This document shows, in pieces, positions 45,403-56,900 of a stretch of DNA of 64,000 nt. Source of the DNA: Auanema rhodensis (taxonomy: Eukaryota > Animalia > Nematoda); contig OZ059900.1 of NCBI GenBank assembly GCA_964057225.1, positions 9,176,001 to 9,240,000 on the forward strand, read 5' to 3'. How positions within the stretch are numbered: position 1 is the first letter of the stretch; the number at the start of each line of letters is the position of its first letter. The notes beneath the pieces were generated by a model. It saw only the letters and a program-made list of their open reading frames with translations. It did no database searches and had not been told where the DNA came from. The translations under genes and the position numbers were made by a program.

Positions 45403-45696
45403 CGTCACTTCGGCGAAGGTATTTCGTGTTATGGATTTCTGCTGAGGATCAATAGAATAGATAGTCAGTGGATGAATGTTTTATTAACAGTTTAACAATT
45501 CAACAAAATATAGATCGTATAGTCCGTTTAGGTTCGGTTGAGTATATTGTGTTTGCGATCCTAAAGATGAAGATGTAGGAAGGCGGGCCGAAAAGTACAA
45601 TCTGAAATAGACAAAGTAAAGGAAAACGATAAAAAACAAAAACTTAAAGGAGACAAAACATATGAAAAACATAAGAAATAATCGCTAACCGCGACA
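45403..45696 (-). mobile_element. Solo LTR related to the BEL/Pao element (left arm)
   Basis: Mirror of 62352-62645. Confidence 0.9.
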
Positions 45697-45830
45697 TCTA
45701 TCAAAAATTCAAAAAGAATGTTGAATCGTTGACCAACATTTCATATTCATCGAATTATGCATGAAATACGCGATTTTCGAACATTGAACAAGGCATTTAT
45801 AATATAGTCGGCAATACAAGAAGATTTGTC

Positions 45831-45949
45831 GCTTACGACCATACCACGTTGAAAGTACGCCATCCCGTCCGATCTGGCAAGTCAAGCAACGTTGGGCCCG
45901 GTTAGTACTTGGATCGGAGACGGCTTGGGAATCCCGGGTGCCGTAAGCT
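45831..45949 (+). rRNA. 5S rRNA gene (left arm)
   Basis: GCTTACGACCATACCACGTTGAAAGTACGCCATCCCGTCCGATCTGG...GTTAGTACTTGGATCGGAGACG...CCGTAAGCT, 119 nt, followed by an oligo-T terminator. Paired segments GCCCGG/CCGGGT are retained. Confidence 0.95.
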
Positions 45950-45969
45950 TTTTGTATTTTAGTGATTGT

Positions 45970-46017
45970 TCTTGTGATCTACAAAACACTGATCTTGTGA
46001 TCTACAAAACAAGATCA
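45970..46017 (+). repeat. Two-copy ~23 bp tandem repeat (tcttgtgatctacaaaaca) just downstream of 5S; mirrored at ~53121-53168
   Basis: Seen directly. Confidence 0.75.
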
Positions 46018-46815
46018 TTAATTCTTGAAAATAAACAACATTGAGTGGTCTGTTGTAAGAGTGCAGTTTTTGTAAGACTAATTTAAAATAACTTAGTAAC
46101 TTGCGTCACAAACAGCATAGTATTTCATTTCTGATTGCTATTTGTTTATTTTCTTATCATCTATTTAGATAATTGCATTGTTTATACAGTTGAAAATTAT
46201 TAACTATTGCCTTGTGTTTTATTAATTTGAATTATTAATTTCAATTTCTGGGTATATATTATTGAATTTTTCTTCATTTTCTCTTTCATTTTCTCAAATA
46301 CAGACTGTCTTCATCAAATATTCAATATGACCGTTTAGAACATCAATATGTTACCTCACAATGAGAAATAAGTTAATTTGCTTTGTCGTCTTCAACTAGA
46401 AATAATGTGGCTTTCAGACATCAGCGCTTTTCTCTTTTAGAATTTCATGAGGATGAACAAGAGAGAATATTCAGGTTTGTTCACTGTATTGAATTTTACT
46501 GGAATATTATATCATTGTTGTATAATTTCCCTCAATGTTCTTCGAGCACAAAATTCAAAATATATTTATAGTATATATACATTGATTTTAAATTTGTAGA
46601 AATTTATAAAATCCATATTCTGAAATATGAAAAGACAGGAATTGTTTTTGATTCATTTCCCCTTCATATTTTCCACAAAAAAAAAGATTTTTTAAAATTA
46701 TTTATTTATGTGTTCAAATGAATTAAATAGTTAGAGATTATTCAATATTACAATAACAAAATTAAAATTATTGACTTATTTATAGCTTATAGTGCAAGTT
46801 TATGTTTATAGATAA

Positions 46816-47795
46816 CTAGAATGCATTCACAATCTTCTTTTTTATGTCCTTCAGGAGCCTCTTGTGCCAGGTTGGATTGAAAATTTGCTTATAGTTTAAC
46901 AAGAGATTCCGTGTTATCTAAATGTTATAATTTAAATTAAAACTTCACTGTTTTGTTGTGGCTTACTCTGCATATTCTATTTGACTGATTGGAATCTCTC
47001 AGATTAACAAAGATCCCTTTGCCGATTCTCAGTAAAAAGATAGTTTTCTCTTCATGTAGAAGTTCAGAGTTTTCTATGTGATTATGATAAACTGGCTGGT
47101 CCAGTTCAGCATATTTCATGTAATTGGCAAAGAACTTGATAACAAACTTAAAGTTGTTATAGTGAGGATTTTTTATTTTTCTCACTTCTTTTGTTAGCTG
47201 ATCTATCAGAGCACCATGAGTCAAGTTCAACCTATAACATGTCGGTAGTCGTTTGATACGTAATTTCATAATATGCCAATCTTCATCATTTACATCAACA
47301 AAAATGTTATTGTTGGTTATGCCTTCAGGAAGGCTGTATAAGTAATGTAAGAGAGCTTCTGCAACAATCCATGGATTATTGTCATAATCTTTGTCTAGAA
47401 TCTAACAATATACGTTTCAATTTAAAGTTTTTCGATGAATTACCGTATCATCTTGCTCTTCCAAGTACTTGCAAAGATCATTCCAATTAGGATTTCCAAC
47501 TTCACAAGTGAACAATCCTGGAAACCTATGAACATTAAGCTTAGAAATTTACAAATTTATACCAGGTTCCAATATTTCTTTCTTGCTAAGCTTTTTGCAG
47601 CAACAAGAAATAGGCAAGGCAATGGTCCGTTTACAAGCAGACAAATGTTTTTTGAGAGATACGCCGTAGACGGGTTTTTCAGGCAAGATTCTCTCATATC
47701 CTAGGTTGATATGTTTAAATAAGATCAAAATGACATCTACCACCAGCTACATTTCTCCATTTTTGTCGGATATAACAATATAGAGAGTTTGCCAT
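46816..47795 (-). CDS. RhoGAP-domain-only protein (RICH/SH3BP1-like), arginine finger absent, left-arm copy
   Basis: Mirror of 51343-52322. Confidence 0.7.
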
Positions 47796-48316
47796 ATTCT
47801 CGACTAGGAGAATGGACAAAAATAATAAGGACAAGATAAAAAAACAAGGCGGTGCTTCAATCTTAATCTTCAACAAGATATTTCAAAATGAAAATGATAT
47901 ATGTAGTTGTTTTAGTTTTATATAAGTTATTAATGAGGGAATGAAGTGATATTTCATATGAAAAAACTTTATAGGTTATATTATAAAATAAATTTGAATT
48001 TGATATGAAAATATGAAAAATGAATTCATTTTCTTTATTGCAGTATAAAATCGAAAAAAAAAACTAAAATACAGAATATTCTTCTGGCTGAAAAATGAAC
48101 TCTTCAATTTGTTTCGAGTTAATAGAAGGTTCAGTAGTTTTGAAATAAATTCTCTGATTATAAAATACTTGAATCTCAAACATGGTAAGCTTTTAGTGAT
48201 AAGATAAAGCTAAAGTGCTTGAAAAATACTTGTGAAACCCAGAAAGAATATTAATAGTTTATCATATATGTAGTATGATCTTATTATATATTTTATATTT
48301 TATAGTTAATTCATAT

Positions 48317-48389
48317 AACATCTTAGTATAATGGTTGTATTTCAGTTATAGTAAGGTGCACTTGTAGGTTCAAATCCTACAGTGATATC
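48317..48389 (+). pseudogene. Degenerate tRNA-like element (mirror at ~50749-50821)
   Basis: A-box-like TAGTATAATGG and a perfect T-arm GTAGG-TTCAAAT-CCTAC. The acceptor and anticodon stems are poor. Confidence 0.45.
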
Positions 48390-48630
48390 AAAGAAAATAT
48401 AAAATATCTCTCTCTCTCTAAAATATAAATCTCTCTCTCTAATATAGAAATCTCTCTATAATCAGACACTTGACAAAGTTACTACAGAAAGGTGTTGAAG
48501 CTGCACTAATCACGATCACAGACAAATTGCAAAAATCATCTTACCCTCGACTCCATTGTTTCGAAAAAGTTTTGGATTTCAAATACTCTTGTCACTCTTC
48601 TTATTTGCGATTTAAACATTAATATTATAA

Positions 48631-48705
48631 GCCAAATGGTCGAGTGGTCTTTATGGTAAACGCTTACAAGCCACTGTAAAGGTACGATCCCTTTCTGCGT
48701 TTTTT
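48631..48705 (+). pseudogene. Degenerate tRNA-like element (mirror at ~50433-50507)
   Basis: A-box-like TGGTCGAGTGG, T-arm AAAGG-TACGATC-CCTTT, then a T6 run. The cloverleaf is incomplete. Confidence 0.45.
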
Positions 48706-51342
48706 ATGAAAATTAATACCAAATCGAAAATCCAAAAAACGCTCCGATGGATTTGGACCTCAAAAAAGCCATTTTTTTGACATTCCAAAGCTTATAACTC
48801 TCTTCAAAATCTATTTTCTTACAAATTTATTTTTATAATCTTGTAGCCTTGCAATAGACCCTCCTTTTCACAAAAATTCAAATCTATATCTCACCTTACT
48901 CAGTAGTTATTCTTCTTCAAAACGAACACAAATATTCAAAAACTTGACTTTAAAGGCCATTATCTCCTTTCTCCTTCAAGTTATCGAAAATTTCTAAACG
49001 AATTCTAAACTTACTCAACAAGATCTATCAAATAAATTACTTATATGGAAGTTTGAAGCACTTTGAAATTTTGAAAAATCAAGAATTTAGCCATTTTTCA
49101 GTTTGAGAAATAAAAAATTTGCATTTTCTTTGTTTTGAGTGATGCATCAGAAGCGCATTGAAACGCTGATTTCAAATTTAAAAACCTTAACTTCCAATTT
49201 TCACTTTGAAAAGAGTTACTAGGCTTTAAACGTTTTGACTTTAAATATTCAGAAGGCTATATCTCCTTTCAGACAGCGTTTCAGAAACTCGTAAGTATCA
49301 GAATCGTTTTCTACGCCATTGTTTCACCTTATGTAATCATTTTCAAAGCGTTTCCTCAATATTTTCAAATTTCGATCAAATTGTCTGATTCCATGTACTC
49401 CCCCCTTACCTACTTTTCGACCGAAATTGGCCATCACTCAAAAAATATTTTCAGTTTAAATCGATAATTATATGATATAATTAGATTGAAACTGAAGTTT
49501 AAGAGATAGAATAACATGAACATCTTCATTTTTAAACTCTTTCGTCAGTTGCATCATGATAACTTAGATTCTACTTCATGAGGAATCAGGATTAACAACT
49601 GACAACTCTTCAGAAAAAGCTTGAGAATGTGTTTGATATACATCAGTTTCAATCTAATTATATCATATAATTATCGATTTAATCTGAAAATATTTTTTGA
49701 GTGATGGCCAGTTTTGGTCAAAAAGTAGGTAAGGGGGGAGTACATGGAATCAGACAATTTGATCGAAATTTGAAAATATTGAGGAAACGCTTTGAAAATG
49801 ATTACATAAGGTGAAACAATGGCGTAGAAAACGATTCTGATACTTACGAGTTTCTGAAACGCTGTCTGAAAGGAGATATAGCCTTCTGAATATTTAAAGT
49901 CAAAACGTTTAAAGCCTAGTAACTCTTTTCAAAGTGAAAATTGGAAGTTAAGGTTTTTAAATTTGAAATCAGCGTTTCAATGCGCTTCTGATGCATCACT
50001 CAAAACAAAGAAAATGCAAATTTTTTATTTCTCAAACTGAAAAATGGCTAAATTCTTGATTTTTCAAAATTTCAAAGTGCTTCAAACTTCCATATAAGTA
50101 ATTTATTTGATAGATCTTGTTGAGTAAGTTTAGAATTCGTTTAGAAATTTTCGATAACTTGAAGGAGAAAGGAGATAATGGCCTTTAAAGTCAAGTTTTT
50201 GAATATTTGTGTTCGTTTTGAAGAAGAATAACTACTGAGTAAGGTGAGATATAGATTTGAATTTTTGTGAAAAGGAGGGTCTATTGCAAGGCTACAAGAT
50301 TATAAAAATAAATTTGTAAGAAAATAGATTTTGAAGAGAGTTATAAGCTTTGGAATGTCAAAAAAATGGCTTTTTTGAGGTCCAAATCCATCGGAGCGTT
50401 TTTTGGATTTTCGATTTGGTATTAATTTTCATAAAAAACGCAGAAAGGGATCGTACCTTTACAGTGGCTTGTAAGCGTTTACCATAAAGACCACTCGACC
50501 ATTTGGCTTATAATATTAATGTTTAAATCGCAAATAAGAAGAGTGACAAGAGTATTTGAAATCCAAAACTTTTTCGAAACAATGGAGTCGAGGGTAAGAT
50601 GATTTTTGCAATTTGTCTGTGATCGTGATTAGTGCAGCTTCAACACCTTTCTGTAGTAACTTTGTCAAGTGTCTGATTATAGAGAGATTTCTATATTAGA
50701 GAGAGAGATTTATATTTTAGAGAGAGAGAGATATTTTATATTTTCTTTGATATCACTGTAGGATTTGAACCTACAAGTGCACCTTACTATAACTGAAATA
50801 CAACCATTATACTAAGATGTTATATGAATTAACTATAAAATATAAAATATATAATAAGATCATACTACATATATGATAAACTATTAATATTCTTTCTGGG
50901 TTTCACAAGTATTTTTCAAGCACTTTAGCTTTATCTTATCACTAAAAGCTTACCATGTTTGAGATTCAAGTATTTTATAATCAGAGAATTTATTTCAAAA
51001 CTACTGAACCTTCTATTAACTCGAAACAAATTGAAGAGTTCATTTTTCAGCCAGAAGAATATTCTGTATTTTAGTTTTTTTTTTCGATTTTATACTGCAA
51101 TAAAGAAAATGAATTCATTTTTCATATTTTCATATCAAATTCAAATTTATTTTATAATATAACCTATAAAGTTTTTTCATATGAAATATCACTTCATTCC
51201 CTCATTAATAACTTATATAAAACTAAAACAACTACATATATCATTTTCATTTTGAAATATCTTGTTGAAGATTAAGATTGAAGCACCGCCTTGTTTTTTT
51301 ATCTTGTCCTTATTATTTTTGTCCATTCTCCTAGTCGAGAAT

Positions 51343-52322
51343 ATGGCAAACTCTCTATATTGTTATATCCGACAAAAATGGAGAAATGTAGCTGGTGGTA
51401 GATGTCATTTTGATCTTATTTAAACATATCAACCTAGGATATGAGAGAATCTTGCCTGAAAAACCCGTCTACGGCGTATCTCTCAAAAAACATTTGTCTG
51501 CTTGTAAACGGACCATTGCCTTGCCTATTTCTTGTTGCTGCAAAAAGCTTAGCAAGAAAGAAATATTGGAACCTGGTATAAATTTGTAAATTTCTAAGCT
51601 TAATGTTCATAGGTTTCCAGGATTGTTCACTTGTGAAGTTGGAAATCCTAATTGGAATGATCTTTGCAAGTACTTGGAAGAGCAAGATGATACGGTAATT
51701 CATCGAAAAACTTTAAATTGAAACGTATATTGTTAGATTCTAGACAAAGATTATGACAATAATCCATGGATTGTTGCAGAAGCTCTCTTACATTACTTAT
51801 ACAGCCTTCCTGAAGGCATAACCAACAATAACATTTTTGTTGATGTAAATGATGAAGATTGGCATATTATGAAATTACGTATCAAACGACTACCGACATG
51901 TTATAGGTTGAACTTGACTCATGGTGCTCTGATAGATCAGCTAACAAAAGAAGTGAGAAAAATAAAAAATCCTCACTATAACAACTTTAAGTTTGTTATC
52001 AAGTTCTTTGCCAATTACATGAAATATGCTGAACTGGACCAGCCAGTTTATCATAATCACATAGAAAACTCTGAACTTCTACATGAAGAGAAAACTATCT
52101 TTTTACTGAGAATCGGCAAAGGGATCTTTGTTAATCTGAGAGATTCCAATCAGTCAAATAGAATATGCAGAGTAAGCCACAACAAAACAGTGAAGTTTTA
52201 ATTTAAATTATAACATTTAGATAACACGGAATCTCTTGTTAAACTATAAGCAAATTTTCAATCCAACCTGGCACAAGAGGCTCCTGAAGGACATAAAAAA
52301 GAAGATTGTGAATGCATTCTAG
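51343..52322 (+). CDS. RhoGAP-domain-only protein (RICH/SH3BP1-like), arginine finger absent, right-arm copy
   Basis: Spliced product reads EKPVYGVSLKKHLSACKRTIALPISCC..EPGLFTCEVG..NPWIVAEALLHYLYSLPEG. This parallels the RICH-family EKPxFGxxLxxHL..REIALPIEAC..EEGLFR..DPHAVAGALKSYLRELPEP. Confidence 0.7.
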
Positions 52323-53188
52323 TTATCTATAAACATAAACTTGCACTATAAGCTATAAATAAGTCAATAATTTTAATTTTGTTATTGTAATATTGAATAA
52401 TCTCTAACTATTTAATTCATTTGAACACATAAATAAATAATTTTAAAAAATCTTTTTTTTTGTGGAAAATATGAAGGGGAAATGAATCAAAAACAATTCC
52501 TGTCTTTTCATATTTCAGAATATGGATTTTATAAATTTCTACAAATTTAAAATCAATGTATATATACTATAAATATATTTTGAATTTTGTGCTCGAAGAA
52601 CATTGAGGGAAATTATACAACAATGATATAATATTCCAGTAAAATTCAATACAGTGAACAAACCTGAATATTCTCTCTTGTTCATCCTCATGAAATTCTA
52701 AAAGAGAAAAGCGCTGATGTCTGAAAGCCACATTATTTCTAGTTGAAGACGACAAAGCAAATTAACTTATTTCTCATTGTGAGGTAACATATTGATGTTC
52801 TAAACGGTCATATTGAATATTTGATGAAGACAGTCTGTATTTGAGAAAATGAAAGAGAAAATGAAGAAAAATTCAATAATATATACCCAGAAATTGAAAT
52901 TAATAATTCAAATTAATAAAACACAAGGCAATAGTTAATAATTTTCAACTGTATAAACAATGCAATTATCTAAATAGATGATAAGAAAATAAACAAATAG
53001 CAATCAGAAATGAAATACTATGCTGTTTGTGACGCAAGTTACTAAGTTATTTTAAATTAGTCTTACAAAAACTGCACTCTTACAACAGACCACTCAATGT
53101 TGTTTATTTTCAAGAATTAATGATCTTGTTTTGTAGATCACAAGATCAGTGTTTTGTAGATCACAAGAACAATCACTAAAATACAAAA

Positions 53189-53307
53189 AGCTTACGGCAC
53201 CCGGGATTCCCAAGCCGTCTCCGATCCAAGTACTAACCGGGCCCAACGTTGCTTGACTTGCCAGATCGGACGGGATGGCGTACTTTCAACGTGGTATGGT
53301 CGTAAGC
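53189..53307 (-). rRNA. 5S rRNA gene (right arm)
   Basis: Reverse complement of 45831-45949. Confidence 0.95.
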
Positions 53308-53317
53308 GACAAATCTT

Positions 53318-53617
53318 TGTCGCGGTTAGCGATTATTTTTTATCCTTTTTTCTATGTTTTGTTCCATTTCAGTTTTGTTTTTATCGTTTTCCTTTACTTT
53401 GTCTATTTCAGATTGTACTTTTCGGCCCGCCTTCCCATATCTTCATCTTTGGGATCGGAAAATACGATATACCTCAACTTACTTCAACGGAGTATAGACG
53501 ATCTATATTTTGTTGATATTGTTAACTTTCTCTTTAATAAAGCATTCTACCACTGACTATCCGTTCTATTAATTCTCAGCGGAATACCGACAACCGAATA
53601 CCTTCGCCGAAGCGACA
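53318..53617 (+). repeat. 5' LTR (300 bp)
   Basis: TG...CA ends with a 6 bp terminal inverted repeat and an AATAAA inside. About 3 substitutions versus the 3' LTR. Confidence 0.97.
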
Positions 53618-53618
53618 T

Positions 53619-53631
53619 TGGTGCATCGACC
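53619..53631 (+). promoter_or_regulatory. Primer binding site, complementary to the tRNA-Gly 3' end
   Basis: TGGTGCATCGACC, 1 nt after the LTR, matches the reverse complement of ...GGUCGAUGCACCA of tRNA-Gly(GCC), recalled from memory. Confidence 0.8.
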
Positions 53632-53900
53632 ATCACGACTCAGGTCACTGCTTCAACAGGTACTTTATCATTTAATTTGGTGGCGACTCTTAAGTCCATC
53701 AGCTCAGGCGTGAATTTGCCTGCAGTAATCGATATAATTTCGGAGCATAATAACGCTCCAAGATACGACAAGTCGTATATCTCATACTCATTTGTTGTAC
53801 TTTGTACAACTTTCATTTCTTGTTCTCTCTCATTTTCTGAATTTTATTCATCATTATCAGCTATAGAAGCTTACCTATTACGCCTCACACAGCGTTAGAA

Positions 53901-56900
53901 ATGGCCTCCTCATTTGTTGGCGACATTCGTCGTTCATACGACTTCTTATCCGTTTTGCTGAAACGTTACGCAAATCTTCTCGACAACGAACCCGCCGGGG
54001 TATCTGATTCAGAAATAACATACGATAGAATTATTTTACTGCAATCAACTTTACGCAATCATGAATTGGTATTGAACGAGCTCTCTACTGCTCTCGACAC
54101 AGTGAACAGAAACATAGAAAAATACCAAACCGTTTTCAAAGATTCTGATAAGGATCTTCGAAACGAAATGAAAGCATTATACGAAGAACTTGAAGAAAAT
54201 CCAAACAATCGTCAAGCTTACAATATAGCTGACGAACAAAGATTATTACTCCTTGACCGTATCAGTCATATTAAAACAGCAATTGCATTCGTGGAATCAC
54301 TACTTCCCGAGAAAAAGAAAGAAAAAGTAATCGAAAGCACTGGTACCGAAACAACACAAATTTATTCAAATTTATTACAATTGTTACAAACAAGCAATCA
54401 TATTCAACGTCCGGTAACACAAATACCGACTTTCGATGGTACACCCGAAAATTTCAAACTGTATTGGTCAAGATTTAATAACATGATACATCAAAATTCA
54501 CAATATTCCATACTTGATAAAGTGAACATTTTACTCGAAGGCTTATCCGATAAAGCTTTGGTCGTTATAAGGGGTATTGAACCTAATGAAAACAACTATC
54601 TCTTACTGAGAAAAGCACTTGAAAATGCATATATGAGATATGCTACAGATAAACTTCAATTATTGAGGAAAATGAAAAATTTATCTCCTGCTTCTGATGC
54701 AAAAAGCTGTAAGCAATTATTTGATTTGATCCAAAGCTATGATCGTCAAATTACAGCCGCTGGAAGTCATATTGGTCCTGAATTTTTCTTTGCTATTTGC
54801 GCTGAAAAATTTCCTCATTATATAATGAGTGAACTATATCGTCAACCAGATCCTCTAGATCAATCAATGGATGACATTTATCAACATCTCTCTTCACGAA
54901 TTTATGAATTCAGTTTAATGGACACTAGAAAACGAAATTCAGAACATGACTCACATAATTCACCAAATCGTGGAAAACATGTTGATAAAACTTTCGACAA
55001 ATCCACTAAAAAAATTTGGACTTGTGTTTTTTGTGGTAAAGAAGGACATCCATCTTATTATTGCCGTACTTATGACACACCACAGAAAAAACGTGAAATC
55101 TTAAAGAACAAAGAAGTATGCTGGCTTTGTTTCTCTACTTCACATCGCAGTCGTGATTGTTCTCGACCGAAATGCCCGAAATGCAAAAATGAGCATAACA
55201 GTTGCTTATGTCTAAATTTAGATCGTGAAACAAAGAGTCCTGTAAAACCTATATCGTCCACAAGCATGATCATAACAGAAAGTGCAGGACAACAAACTCC
55301 AGACCTTACAGTCTCACAAAATAAAAATGACATCATTTCTACACCAACTGTATCACAAACAGTACCTACAGTACAACCAGCATTTTTCAATCATCTACCA
55401 GTAACATTAATAGTTACTGAACCTAAGAATACACAATTACAATTGCTTACACATACCGAGGATACCCATGATATCGAGATGAGTCAAATTGTATTGAAAA
55501 CAGCTATGACACATATATTCAGTTACACACAAAATAAATATATCACAGTAAAGGTAGTGATTGACAGTGGCTCTATGCGGTCTTTCATACGTAGTGATAT
55601 AGCTAAGGATCTTCAATTGCCTATTAACAAAGTTCAACATCGCACATTCTTTGGAATAGGTGGCCTCAGCGAAACACATGAATGTAAAGAAGTGAAAACT
55701 ATTTTTTATACTTCTAATGGCAGTATCATCATAACCAACATGCTTACGAAACCATTCATAGCTACATCATTAAGAGCTCCACTTTTAGACAATAATGATC
55801 GTTCATTCATTAAAAGAAACAATATAACTTTAGCTAATCCAATGATTGATGGTCAGGCATTTGAACCAGATATTCTAATTGGATTAGATCGCTATAAGTT
55901 ATTCGTTCATATGAATTCTGAACTTGAGTTACCCTCTACATTAAGAATGCAGAATACCAGTTTCGGTTATACCTTGTATGGGGAAATACCATATCAAAAT
56001 CATTCTGTTACGTTAATAACAATTAATGATAAACCATTACAACATAATGATATGCTTCGATACATATTTGAAATTGATAGCTTAGGAATTAATACTTCTG
56101 AAGCTGGAATTGACACAACTATTGATTATTACGAAGATTATTCAAAACAGTTGACACTAACCAATCATCGTATTGAAGCTCCTTTACCATTGAAATCAAA
56201 TTATCATCAATTACCAGATAATAAAGGTTTAGCCTTTTATCGATTTTTGGCATTGTTCAAAACTTTACAAGCAAATCCTTCGAAATTGGAAATGTACAGG
56301 AAAATTATTGATGATTATATCGATAACGGTATCATTGAAGAAGTTCCTTTTGAAACTTCCAACAATAATCATAATTCTGATATTATATGTCATTATATTC
56401 CACATCATGGGGTATGGAATACAAACAAGCCGAATAAACCTTTACGAGTTGTTTTCGATGCTTCAGCTAAAACTAAGGGTAAATTATCCCTTAACGACAT
56501 ACTATATACTGGAAAAAGTTTTGTGAACAATATTTTCAACATTCTCATTGCTTCAAGAATAAAACCAATCATTATTACTTGTGATATTCAATCAGCCTTT
56601 TTACAAGTAGGCTTACAGAAGCAACATCGGGATCTTTGCCGTTTCTTTTGGGTAAAGGATCCTCAAGGAAGTTGTAACTCAAGTAATACTAAGGTTTTTC
56701 GATTCAAACGCATACCATTTGGATTGACTGCCTCACCTAGCATTCTAAACATGAGTGTAAATTGGTATTTAAGCTCTTTGAATACTGACTTATCAGATGA
56801 AATATTAAATACATTATATGTAGATAATATTCTATTATTTGCTGATAGTATAGATGAAGCTCAACAGAAATGTTCACTTACACAACAATTATTTCAAAAT

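Noticed and set aside
53253-53556. Hydrophobic ORFs overlapping the LTRs (also 61864-62161, 62376-62564, 45484-45672)
   Set aside because: By-products of T-rich LTR sequence and antisense 5S, with no coding evidence.
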